64,000 bases of DNA from Candidatus Nomurabacteria bacterium (lineage in GTDB: Bacteria > Patescibacteriota > Minisyncoccia > Phycocordibacterales > UBA9973), in assembly GCA_031425235.1 (NCBI GenBank), contig JANPIZ010000004.1, positions 66,251 to 130,250 of the forward strand. Direction: 5' to 3'. A model generated the notes under the pieces. It saw only the letters and a program-made list of their open reading frames with translations, searched no databases and was not told where the DNA came from. This document shows, one piece after another, positions 30,277 to 39,433 of the stretch. The first letter of the stretch is position 1, and each line of letters opens with the position of its first letter. The position numbers were made by a program, and so were the translations under genes.

Positions 30277-32058
30277 CTACATTTTTTCTGGAGCTTGGAT
30301 ACCGAGCAGATGAAGCCCTGTTTTCATTATAAACGAAAATGCGTAGGTAAGAGTTATTTTATACGCTGAACTTTTGTCATCTTTACTCACAATGGTGTTA
30401 TTCGCATAAAAACTGTTAAACGATCTTGCAACTTCTATCAAATAATTCGCTATGTAGTGAGGCTCATATTCTCTCGCAGATCGTTCTACAACTTCATCAA
30501 ATGTATACAGCATTTTTTCAATTTCAAAAATTTCTGCTGGAAAGGCATGCGGGTCAGGGGAAATATTTTCTTTCTGTGACTTTTCTAATATAGATTTTGC
30601 TCGAGCATATGAATACTGAAGGTATGGACCCGAGTCTCCTTCAAATGAAATTGATTTGTCAAAATCGTATGCGATGTCCCCTCCAGTTGATTGTTTTAAG
30701 ATGGAGTATTTGAGCGCAGCGATACCGACGACTTCCGCGACTTTCGTTTTCTTTCCCCCGCCTGCACCAGCTATGCTGGAAGCATTGCGGGCAGGTTCAT
30801 CAGTCCATCTATCCTTCATTCGCTCTTCTACTAAATTAATAGTATCCCGAATCAAAGACTCGCCAGTAACCACATTCCCCTTTCGAGACGACATTTTACC
30901 CGAAGCCAAACGCATCATCCCGTGCGTAATGTGTTTCATTTTTGATTCGTATTCTGGATGAATAATGGAAATTGCTTTCGCGACTACCTTCATGTATTCC
31001 ATTTGTTCATTTGCAGTTACCACAATACTCAAATTCATTTCAGGCAACTTGGCAAACTTTTCCTCAGTTAATCCTAGTTCTTTTGTCTCGTAGGTAGGTA
31101 ATCCTTTCGAAGTCATGAAAACCCTGGTATGAAGTTTTGGGTCATATTTTTCCGCCTTGAAAACAACTGCTCCGTCGGAATCTTCAAAAATCATCTTGCT
31201 CCCAAGTGGGTCGATAGCTTTATTCATATTATCCTCGACCAGTTTTTGACCAAGCGGCGCTACGTAACTTTCCAAGAAATAATATTCAAATTTTGTGCCG
31301 AGTATTGTATACAAATCTTCAAACGCATTCATGGTCGCCTCAAAACCCCACGCATATATTTCATTTATCTTTTCATCACTCTTATCGTAAAGTTTTTTAT
31401 TTATTTCATCTATTTCGGCTTTCGCGTTTGGGTCATCTTCGTACAAGGCAGCGCCAGAAACATATGCCTCGCCGATGCGTGCCGCTTGGTCCGTGTGCGT
31501 ACCTGACCTGTCCTCAAGTCCTTTGTTTTTCAAAAGGCCGTATATCGCCTTGGCCACATGAAGGCCGACATCGCCTTGGTAGTTTGCGCGTGACACTACT
31601 GCTCCCGAATGTTCTAAAATAGTAGCTACTGATTCGCCAATCGCATTTGTCATCAAGTGACCTATGTGAAAAGGCTTGAATGGATTTGGATCAGTGTACT
31701 CTACCATTATTTTTTGACCTGAGAGAGTTTTGTTTTTACCAACCTCGTACCCTTTATTTACAATTTCTTCTACACTATGAGCAAAAAATTCACGTGATAA
31801 ATAGAAGTTTATAAACCCGGCCCCGGCGACCTCAATTTTTTCTATATGTGTATCTGTATTCAGTCGGAGCATTTCCGTAACTATTTTTTCAGCGAAATCT
31901 TTTGGATTCATCTGCACGCCCTTGGCTACAGCTAAAGCAATATTCGTAGAATAATCTCCCATTTTTAAATCAGCTGGATGTTCAAGAGTTATAGTACTCA
32001 CCTCTATGTTGAGATTTTGAAGTGCGTCTTGTATTAATTTTTTTATATTAGCGTGCAT
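30277..32058 (-). CDS. argS: arginyl-tRNA synthetase with in-frame mini-element insertion
   Basis: PFHIGHLMTN HIGH motif, MSSRKGN (KMSKS-like), C-terminal DALR-type helical domain; PARNASSIAGAGGG insertion; start probably MHANIKK (ORF extends to 32112). Confidence 0.85.
   Translation of the reverse strand: MHANIKKLIQDALQNLNIEVSTITLEHPADLKMGDYSTNIALAVAKGVQMNPKDFAEKIVTEMLRLNTDTHIEKIEVAGAGFINFYLSREFFAHSVEEIVNKGYEVGKNKTLSGQKIMVEYTDPNPFKPFHIGHLMTNAIGESVATILEHSGAVVSRANYQGDVGLHVAKAIYGLLKNKGLEDRSGTHTDQAARIGEAYVSGAALYEDDPNAKAEIDEINKKLYDKSDEKINEIYAWGFEATMNAFEDLYTILGTKFEYYFLESYVAPLGQKLVEDNMNKAIDPLGSKMIFEDSDGAVVFKAEKYDPKLHTRVFMTSKGLPTYETKELGLTEEKFAKLPEMNLSIVVTANEQMEYMKVVAKAISIIHPEYESKMKHITHGMMRLASGKMSSRKGNVVTGESLIRDTINLVEERMKDRWTDEPARNASSIAGAGGGKKTKVAEVVGIAALKYSILKQSTGGDIAYDFDKSISFEGDSGPYLQYSYARAKSILEKSQKENISPDPHAFPAEIFEIEKMLYTFDEVVERSAREYEPHYIANYLIEVARSFNSFYANNTIVSKDDKSSAYKITLTYAFSFIMKTGLHLLGIQAPEKM
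30755..30795 (-). repeat. palindromic mini-element copy in frame in argS
   Basis: Reverse complement cctgcccgcaatgcttccagcatagctggtgcaggcggggg; central stem ccagc-ata-gctgg with compensatory changes. Confidence 0.85.
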
Positions 32059-32062
32059 AAAT

Positions 32063-32485
32063 TTATTTTCTTCCCGTACTCCCAAATTTACCTTCACCAC
32101 GAGCTGAGTCACTTAATACCTCGACTTCTTCCAGCTCGCCGATGACTATAGGTATTATAACAAGTTGAGAAACTTTATCACCTTCTTCAAATGTATAAGG
32201 TTCGCTCGAAAGGTTTACTAGTAAGGTATTGTATTCGCCTCTATATCCTGCATCAAACACACCACCCATGTGTGTAAGCCCAGCTTTAGAGATACTACCT
32301 TTATCCATAATGATTCCTGCATAACCTTCAGGGAATTCTAACGCAAATCCATGCCAGAAGCGATAATGTTCCCCTGGCCCCACCGTCACTGTTTCCATAG
32401 CATACATATCCATACCCACATCACCCGGATGATGGTAAGTCGGCAACTTGGCTCCATCTTTTAATTTTTTTATTCTGATTTTCAT
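32063..32485 (-). CDS. dut: dUTP diphosphatase
   Basis: Conserved dUTPase motifs (AGxD, GVFDAGYRGE, KFGSTGRK-type motif V). Confidence 0.85.
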   Translation of the reverse strand: MKIRIKKLKDGAKLPTYHHPGDVGMDMYAMETVTVGPGEHYRFWHGFALEFPEGYAGIIMDKGSISKAGLTHMGGVFDAGYRGEYNTLLVNLSSEPYTFEEGDKVSQLVIIPIVIGELEEVEVLSDSARGEGKFGSTGRK

Positions 32486-32964
32486 TGAAATATATCTTTA
32501 TAGGTTTTAAAATTTGTTAGAAACATTTCTGGTTTTTCTTCCAATAATTTATCTACCTCATTTTTTGTAAACCATCTTATTTCTTCAACTTCGTCATCTT
32601 GTTTCTTAAAGGGGTAGTTGTGCTCAATCACTGCAGTAAACCATTGAACAAAATATTCATGACTTGTAGATCTCCTAATTTTTTGCCCTACTAGTGGCTT
32701 AAAACCAGTCAGCCCTATTTCCTCTTCTGCTTCTTTAATAACGTTTGACTCGTATGTTTCTCCCTCTTCTACCGTACCTGCCACCGCTGGGCCCCACAGC
32801 CCCGGATCATGTTTTTTACTTAGCGCTCTTTGTGCAAGTAATATATTACCTTCCTGGTCGGTTATCCAGAGACCAGTTACTCGACAAATATGCTTTGAGT
32901 CTCGTTCACGTCTGTCTTTGTATCCTATTATTTCATCTTGTTCATTTACAATTGGAATTTTCAT
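32482..32964 (-). CDS. Nudix hydrolase
   Basis: Nudix box GTVEEGETYESNVIKEAEEEIGL. Confidence 0.75.
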   Translation of the reverse strand: MKIPIVNEQDEIIGYKDRRERDSKHICRVTGLWITDQEGNILLAQRALSKKHDPGLWGPAVAGTVEEGETYESNVIKEAEEEIGLTGFKPLVGQKIRRSTSHEYFVQWFTAVIEHNYPFKKQDDEVEEIRWFTKNEVDKLLEEKPEMFLTNFKTYKDIFQ

Positions 32965-32965
32965 A

Positions 32966-33658
32966 TTACTTTACAATTTTTTTAACTTTTTCGTATATTT
33001 CTTTGTGGATTTCTTCACGTGTACCCATGACACCATCTTTCACACACTCTATCTTGATCCAGCCTTTTTGTGTCTTTGCGAGCCAAAGAGCTGTCTTGTT
33101 TGAATTTGTAAGATATGGAATATTACCTTCTACTATATCTTTCTTTTTACCCGTATATGCACGACTAGATACTTTATTTCTTTCTTTTATTAACCTTAAA
33201 ATTATATTGAGTGGAACATTTAAATAAAACACAGCATCAGGTTTTGGGATTTTAAAAACTTTATATTCCATTTCCTCTTGCCATTTTATAAAATTCAAAC
33301 GTTTTTTGGGATTGGAAATTTTCCCCCCTTGGTGAATCTGGTTTGCGCTCACATATCTGTTTGCCAGAACAATGTAACCTTTTGTGAGCCATTCTTCTAT
33401 TTTCTTAGATGATTCCCATCTATCTGCAGCATAAGCTATAGAAGCAATCTTTGGATGTACGTTGATCCAATTGTAATATTGCTCTGAAAGACAGTGACCA
33501 ATGAATTTTCCAAAGAAATTTTTATAATATTCCGGAAAATCAAGCAATTTTACAGTATACCCTTCTTTTGTAAGTCTTTTTTGTAAGAGTTTTACTTGAG
33601 TAGATTTACCACTTCCGTCGGTGCCATCTATTACAATCAATTTACCTTTATGTACCAT
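32966..33658 (-). CDS. tmk: thymidylate kinase-like nucleoside monophosphate kinase
   Basis: P-loop IVIDGTDGSGKSTQ, LID-like NRYVSANQIHQG (DRY-type motif). Confidence 0.65.
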   Translation of the reverse strand: MVHKGKLIVIDGTDGSGKSTQVKLLQKRLTKEGYTVKLLDFPEYYKNFFGKFIGHCLSEQYYNWINVHPKIASIAYAADRWESSKKIEEWLTKGYIVLANRYVSANQIHQGGKISNPKKRLNFIKWQEEMEYKVFKIPKPDAVFYLNVPLNIILRLIKERNKVSSRAYTGKKKDIVEGNIPYLTNSNKTALWLAKTQKGWIKIECVKDGVMGTREEIHKEIYEKVKKIVK

Positions 33659-33701
33659 CTAGAAAATATACCAGAAAAATGCTTGAATTGAAAATTGTGT
33701 T

Positions 33702-34175
33702 TTATTTACTAAGTTCTTTTAGTGCTTCTGTTGCATAAAAAAGTACATTTGGTACTAATTCCATTGATCCAAGTTCTTCTTTGCTCACCCAGCGAGTTTC
33801 TGATTTTTCATGATCGCTCAGAGAATCTAAAATTTTATCTGTGTCTGATGTAGCAAAATAAACAAAAGCGATATGTTCATGGGTGTCAGATGCTGGATGC
33901 CTTCCTAGGTAGCGTGGTGGAATTAAGTATTTATATCCCCTATTTTCTTTTACACCATGTAGTGGGCCCTGTGCATCACCGACAATTTTAATATCAAGTC
34001 CCACTTCTTCTTTTACCTCACGAATAGCTGCCTCGTTTGGATCTTCATCGAGCTCAATGTGTCCACCAACAGAAAGCCATATCTTATATTTATCATGCAT
34101 ACGCAATAAAACTTTATTTTTATGTACAATAAAAACTTCGGCAGTGAAATCAATTTTTTCGTGAATATGTGGCAT
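33702..34175 (-). CDS. Nudix hydrolase
   Basis: GGHIELDEDPNEAAIREVKEEVGL Nudix box. Confidence 0.75.
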   Translation of the reverse strand: MPHIHEKIDFTAEVFIVHKNKVLLRMHDKYKIWLSVGGHIELDEDPNEAAIREVKEEVGLDIKIVGDAQGPLHGVKENRGYKYLIPPRYLGRHPASDTHEHIAFVYFATSDTDKILDSLSDHEKSETRWVSKEELGSMELVPNVLFYATEALKELSK

Positions 34176-34191
34176 GTTGCTTTACGCTACT

Positions 34192-34608
34192 TTAATTAAG
34201 TAAAGTAAACAAATCATTTTCTGCTAAAAGTTTTTTAATATATGAATCTATTGGTTCTAGATCGGAAATCTCATCCAAACTAAACCATTTATACTTTGAG
34301 TGTTCCTCACTTAATATAATTTCCCCCTCTCCATGCCCAACATAAATCAAACGAACAACATGGTAACCTTCTTTGATAATATCTTGCCCTTTAATTAACT
34401 TAGGTTCGCCCATGATCTCAAGACCTGTTTCTTCCATGACTTCTCTTTTTAGATTATCAATTAAAGAAAATCCTTTATTGATCCGTCCACCCGGCATATC
34501 CCAATACTCTCTGTGGGGTGTTGGCTTATTTTCAAATGAGCGAAAAAGTAAAAGATATTTATTATCTTTATTCTTTAGAAAAATTTTCACCCCAACTTGT
34601 AGTTCCAT
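34192..34608 (-). CDS. Nudix hydrolase
   Basis: PGGRINKGFSLIDNLKREVMEETGL Nudix box. Confidence 0.75.
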   Translation of the reverse strand: MELQVGVKIFLKNKDNKYLLLFRSFENKPTPHREYWDMPGGRINKGFSLIDNLKREVMEETGLEIMGEPKLIKGQDIIKEGYHVVRLIYVGHGEGEIILSEEHSKYKWFSLDEISDLEPIDSYIKKLLAENDLFTLLN

Positions 34609-34613
34609 AAATT

Positions 34614-35858
34614 TTATACAAACTTCTTTGGTATCGGAAACTTTTTAGCGAGTTTTTGAATTTCTTTGTGTACGTTTTGTTTTACTTTTTTATCGTCCTT
34701 ATTTTTGAGAACTTCGATCATCAGTTCAGCGACTCGCTTGCATTCTTTCTCTTTAAAACCTCGCGTAGTTATCGCTGGTGTACCAAATCGAATGCCGGAC
34801 GGATCGAGTGGTTTTCGCGTGTCCCCTGCAATTGAATTCATGTTGAGAGTGATGCCAACTTCATCAAGCACTGTTTGCGCTTCTTTACCTGTAACTCCAA
34901 GTGAACCAAACACATCAGCCAAGATAAGGTGATTATCAGTACCACCACCAATCATACGAATTTTATTTTTCTTGAAAACTTCCGCCATTGCTTTGGCGTT
35001 TTTTAATATTTGCTTAGCATAGATTTTGTACCTTGGAGTCATTGCTTCTCCGAATGCTACTGCCTTCGCGGCAATAGTATGCATGTGCGGGCCGCCTTGA
35101 ATACCAGGAAAAATTGATTTATCTATCTTTTTTGCTATGTCTTCATTTTCCCGAGTGAGAATGATTCCCCCGCGTGGCCCACGAAGGGTTTTGTGGGTAG
35201 TTGAAGTTATAATATCAAATCCATCTGCAAAGGGGTTGCGAAGCGCACCAGCTGCGATAAGCCCCGCGATGTGGGCCATGTCTGCCATAGTAATAGCGCC
35301 TACTTCTTTGGCAATATCTACAAATTTTTTGTAATCCAAGGTTCTCGAATATGCGGAAAATCCGGCGAGAATTATTTTAGGCTTATGCTCGAGGGCCTGG
35401 CGATGCAAATCTGCATAATCAATCTCACCTGTTTCGGGATCTTTCATTTTATAGGTAACGAATTTATATATCTTTGCGGGAAGAGTCATAGGATGTCCGT
35501 GTGTAAGGTGCCCACCATGCGACAAGTCCATACCGAGTACTGTATCTCCAGGATTTAAAAGGGCTGCATATACTGCCAGGTTTGCCGGAGCGCCAGAATG
35601 GGGTTGGACGTTTGCGTATTTAGACTTAAAAAGTTTGCATGCACGCTCGATAGCAAGACGTTCTACTTGATCAGTAAAATCTTGCCCTCCGTAATACCTT
35701 CTGCCTGGATAACCCTCAGAATATTTATTGGTAAACACAGAGCCATTGGCTTCAAGCACATCTTGCGATACATAGTTTTCAGAAGGAATGAGTTCCAGTC
35801 CTTCTTTTTGGCGCTTTTCCTCACCTTTTATGAGTTTTTCAATTTTTTTATCTTTCAT
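34614..35858 (-). CDS. glyA: serine hydroxymethyltransferase
   Basis: LELIPSENYVS, PLP-lysine region TTHKTLRGPRGG; 414 aa. Confidence 0.9.
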   Translation of the reverse strand: MKDKKIEKLIKGEEKRQKEGLELIPSENYVSQDVLEANGSVFTNKYSEGYPGRRYYGGQDFTDQVERLAIERACKLFKSKYANVQPHSGAPANLAVYAALLNPGDTVLGMDLSHGGHLTHGHPMTLPAKIYKFVTYKMKDPETGEIDYADLHRQALEHKPKIILAGFSAYSRTLDYKKFVDIAKEVGAITMADMAHIAGLIAAGALRNPFADGFDIITSTTHKTLRGPRGGIILTRENEDIAKKIDKSIFPGIQGGPHMHTIAAKAVAFGEAMTPRYKIYAKQILKNAKAMAEVFKKNKIRMIGGGTDNHLILADVFGSLGVTGKEAQTVLDEVGITLNMNSIAGDTRKPLDPSGIRFGTPAITTRGFKEKECKRVAELMIEVLKNKDDKKVKQNVHKEIQKLAKKFPIPKKFV

Positions 35859-35895
35859 AAATTTATTATATCACAGGGTTAGAAATTATTAGAAA

Positions 35896-35969
35896 CTAAG
35901 TTTTTAGGGGGTTTGAAGCGCGCCGGCGCGGAAACTTCAGGATTTTTAGAGCTCTAAAAATCCGTACCC
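35896..35969 (-). repeat. ~70-nt structured repeat (family B) downstream of comEC-MBL gene
   Basis: Minus strand GGTACgGATTTTTagagctctAAAAATCCTGAAGTT-tccgcgccggcgcgcttca-AAACCCCCTAAAA; shares order and blocks with 8837..8905. Confidence 0.6.
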
Positions 35970-35994
35970 TAGAAAATTTAGTTTAAAGTAATTT

Positions 35995-36864
35995 CTATTT
36001 TTGAAAACTAAAGCTCTCTTTTTGACCATCAGATTTCATGATTATAGTGCCGACTAAGTCAGTTCGAAAAATTTTTACTCCAAGTTGAGTCAGGGTTTCA
36101 AGGGTTTGGGGATGAGGGTGTCCGTACGTATTATCTTTACCATTTGATACTAGTGCATACATTGGCCTGACAGCCTCCACAAAATCACTTGAGGTTGAAG
36201 TGCGCGAACCATGGTGTCCTACTTTCAAGACACTACTCTGTAGTCCTGATTGTGAAAATTCGCTAAGAATTATTTTTTCTGTTTCGGACGTTGCGTCACC
36301 AGTTAACATGATTGAAGTATTCCCATATGTAAGCTTGGCAACAATTGAACCATCATTACTATCCCACATCGACACATCACGATCAGGAAATAAAATATCT
36401 ATTACTGCCCCACCACCTATATCGAGCCGCATTCCTTTTTTAAGTAACATATTTGGAATATTTTTATTTTTTATTTGTTCTTGAAGGTTTTGATACGTTT
36501 TCGAATCATTGAACGTTCCGGGTTCAAACACCTGTCCAACTTTATAGGTTTTCAAAATATCATTGTAGCCTCCTATATGGTCGCTGTCAGGATTTGTAAT
36601 CACAATAGCGTCGACGTGTCTATCAAATGGCGATATTACCCTTGCAAGCTTGCCCAATATTTTTTTGGGCGGACCAGCATCAAATAAAATTTGAGTGCCC
36701 GTTGGAGACTCGATAAAAATTCCATCACCTTGCCCAATATCAAGCATCACAAATGTGAGGTCGTGATTTTGTTCTTTAGAATGAAGGTGAAATAGATATA
36801 TATTTACCACAACAAGCATTAGACACATTGCCAACAGAATATATGCTTTAGAGCGTACCGGCAT
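35995..36864 (-). CDS. ComEC-type metallo-beta-lactamase domain protein (membrane-anchored)
   Basis: N-terminal TM, LDIGQGDGIFIE, TNPDSDHIGG, KVGHHGSRTS motifs characteristic of the ComEC C-terminal MBL domain. Confidence 0.7.
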   Translation of the reverse strand: MPVRSKAYILLAMCLMLVVVNIYLFHLHSKEQNHDLTFVMLDIGQGDGIFIESPTGTQILFDAGPPKKILGKLARVISPFDRHVDAIVITNPDSDHIGGYNDILKTYKVGQVFEPGTFNDSKTYQNLQEQIKNKNIPNMLLKKGMRLDIGGGAVIDILFPDRDVSMWDSNDGSIVAKLTYGNTSIMLTGDATSETEKIILSEFSQSGLQSSVLKVGHHGSRTSTSSDFVEAVRPMYALVSNGKDNTYGHPHPQTLETLTQLGVKIFRTDLVGTIIMKSDGQKESFSFQK

Positions 36865-36904
36865 GTTACAATAATAACATATTAATAATTAATAAATAAA
36901 AACC

Positions 36905-37498
36905 ATGAAAACATTCACTATCAAAACTTTTAACATCGCAAAACTCAAAGGAATCTCGGACGAAAATGTTGCCGATCACTTGAAACTCTATGCCGGATAC
37001 GTAAACAATGCCAACTTAATTTTAAAAAAAATCGAAGAACTTTCAGAAGATAGTGAAAAAAATGCGTATGAGATTGCCGAAGTGCAAAGAAGATTTGGCT
37101 TTGAATACGATGGTATCAGAAACCATGAAATATATTTTGAAACATTATCTAACGGCGCAAAAGAAATAAATAAAGATGGCGAATTGTATAAAGCTATCGA
37201 GGTTACGTGGGGTTCGTTTGATAAATGGCTCGCAAGATTTAAAGCAATAGCCATGAGTCGTGGCATAGGCTGGGCAATGCTCTACTATGACAAAAAAGAG
37301 GATATGCTTTTAAATGCCTATGTGGGAGATCACGAACTCGGACAGCTCTCCGGCTGTGCGCCCATCATAGCACTCGACCTATGGGAACATGCCTACATTT
37401 CAGATTATGCACCAGGTGGCAAAAAAGACTACGTAGAAGACTTTTTCTTCAATCTAAACTGGGAAGCTGTGGAGAAAAATTTTACAGAGGCTCAGTAA
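36905..37498 (+). CDS. sod: Fe/Mn superoxide dismutase
   Basis: C-terminal DLWEHAYISDYAPGGKKDYVEDFF..NW signature (D-x-W-E-H-A-Y). Confidence 0.85.
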   Translation: MKTFTIKTFNIAKLKGISDENVADHLKLYAGYVNNANLILKKIEELSEDSEKNAYEIAEVQRRFGFEYDGIRNHEIYFETLSNGAKEINKDGELYKAIEVTWGSFDKWLARFKAIAMSRGIGWAMLYYDKKEDMLLNAYVGDHELGQLSGCAPIIALDLWEHAYISDYAPGGKKDYVEDFFFNLNWEAVEKNFTEAQ

Positions 37499-38957
37499 AA
37501 AAACTTTTTATACTCCTTCCAAAAAGCATATATATGAAATATATGTAAATTATTAGTGTCAGAACAAGTGGAAAATTTGGAATGGTAAACGACGCAAATG
37601 GTATATGCGCGAAGAAATTAATAACAGCAAGCTCGTAATGTAATAAAAGATATGAAATATACCCAAATGGCACTGCTAATATATAGGAGAAAAATCCCAC
37701 AAACCCAGTCAAAAATCCGAGCAACATAGTAATAGGAATAAATGGCAAAATAAGAATATTGGCTGGCAATGCAACCAAGGAAAGATTACCCATTTTGTAG
37801 ATAATAAAAGGTAAAACAAAAATGTATGCTGCTGTAGTGACAGACACTATGTCTCGCAATTGAAAAGTTTTTGGCACCCAGGCAAAATATTTCTCGATAC
37901 GAGGTGTGAAAAATATCACCGCAATAGTAGCTATGAAAGAAAGTTGAAACGATACGTCGTACACGAGCACAAAGGGATTAAAAACGATCATTAACACTCC
38001 CGCCAGAATGAGCGCGCGACCAATATCATAATTCCGACCTGTTGCCCGTGCAATTAAAACTAAAATTGCCATAATGCCTGCGCGAATAGCAGTCGAGTTC
38101 GCACCCGTCATTAAGACAAAAAGAAATATAGCAAAAATACCCATGCTGATACTGACACTTTGTGGAAAATATGAAAATAATTTCATAAACCATTCGGCAA
38201 TTATTGTCACATTGTATCCAGAAAGTGCAACAATGTGTATAGTCCCAGTATTTACAAAATTAGTACGAAGCTCTTCACTAAAAGCAGATTTCTCACCCAA
38301 GATAAGTCCTCCCATGAGTAAATTCTCTGGTTCACGTATAGTAAAATTAATTTTTTCTAAAAATTTTTCTTTGATAAAAAATAGGGCGCTTTTTATTTTA
38401 TAACCATTACCACTCGAAACAACATCAACTTGTGCATAATTCATTGCATAGAAAATTCCGTCTTTACGCAAATAGTTTACATAATCAAACTCTTTGCCTT
38501 GATCGGTCATAAAATTCTCCGGCTTTTGTAATGTACCTTCTATGATCACCTCATCACCATAATTAAAATTATCACCAAAATTCACGCTGGTTAAAATTTT
38601 AGTATGCTGTCCATCTTCTTGCACTTCGACCGTAAGTTTTTGATTTTTTTCTCGTATGTCTGGTGCATCTATTATCATTCCAGATAAAGAAACTTTTTGT
38701 CCTACTCGCGATTCAAAAATATATGGAGCTAATATATCCACAGTGTGAAATCTAAAAATTCCAAGAGAGAATGCAAGGATGAACACAGAGCATACTATGC
38801 CCCCTGTATTTTTTGAAATAAAAGTAAATATTAAAAATAAAGCGATCGCAATAATTCCTATAAAAATAGTGGTAAAAATATTTACAAATAAAAAAGAGCG
38901 CAAAAGCACTCCGATAATAAATCCAAAACATATTGAGTAAAAAATTCTATCCTGCAT
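37482..38957 (-). CDS. comEC: ComEC/Rec2 DNA-uptake channel protein (membrane domain only)
   Basis: N-terminal OB/DUF4131-like region then polytopic competence domain with GTIHIVALSGYNVTII (HxxAxSG motif). Confidence 0.75.
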   Translation of the reverse strand: MQDRIFYSICFGFIIGVLLRSFLFVNIFTTIFIGIIAIALFLIFTFISKNTGGIVCSVFILAFSLGIFRFHTVDILAPYIFESRVGQKVSLSGMIIDAPDIREKNQKLTVEVQEDGQHTKILTSVNFGDNFNYGDEVIIEGTLQKPENFMTDQGKEFDYVNYLRKDGIFYAMNYAQVDVVSSGNGYKIKSALFFIKEKFLEKINFTIREPENLLMGGLILGEKSAFSEELRTNFVNTGTIHIVALSGYNVTIIAEWFMKLFSYFPQSVSISMGIFAIFLFVLMTGANSTAIRAGIMAILVLIARATGRNYDIGRALILAGVLMIVFNPFVLVYDVSFQLSFIATIAVIFFTPRIEKYFAWVPKTFQLRDIVSVTTAAYIFVLPFIIYKMGNLSLVALPANILILPFIPITMLLGFLTGFVGFFSYILAVPFGYISYLLLHYELAVINFFAHIPFASFTIPNFPLVLTLIIYIYFIYMLFGRSIKSFFTEPL

Positions 38958-38966
38958 GTTAAATAT

Positions 38967-39431
38967 TTATTTCATAAGTTGTATTTGTTCTTTATCTGCA
39001 AATGTTGTCGCTATTTCGTCCACCCTATCATTCCACTTGTCCCCACTATGACCTTTTACATAGTGCCATTTTGGTTTAAATTCTTGTGTGAGTTTGTGTA
39101 GGTCTTCCCAAAGTTCGCGATTCATAACTGCTTTTTTTGCAGAATTTATCCAATTATTTTTTAGCCATCCATGTATCCACTCTGTCGCCCCATGAATAAC
39201 ATATTTTGAATCAGCAAAAATTTCTACTGGCAAATCAATCTTATGTTTCTTTAAATATTTTAACCCTTCAATAGCAGCCATTAGCTCCATCTGATTATTA
39301 GTAGCGTGATCACTCCGTCCACCAAGTTCAAAAACTTTATCTCCTAATAGGATAGCAGCACCCCAGCCAGCTGGACCTGGATTCCCCCGTGCAGCACCAT
39401 CTGTATATATGATTATTTTATTTGGTTTCAT
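38967..39431 (-). CDS. rnhA: ribonuclease HI
   Basis: IYTDGAARGNPGPAGWG, MELMAAIEGL, ADSKYV, GHSGDKWNDRVDE catalytic DEDD pattern. Confidence 0.9.
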   Translation of the reverse strand: MKPNKIIIYTDGAARGNPGPAGWGAAILLGDKVFELGGRSDHATNNQMELMAAIEGLKYLKKHKIDLPVEIFADSKYVIHGATEWIHGWLKNNWINSAKKAVMNRELWEDLHKLTQEFKPKWHYVKGHSGDKWNDRVDEIATTFADKEQIQLMK

Positions 39432-39433
39432 GT

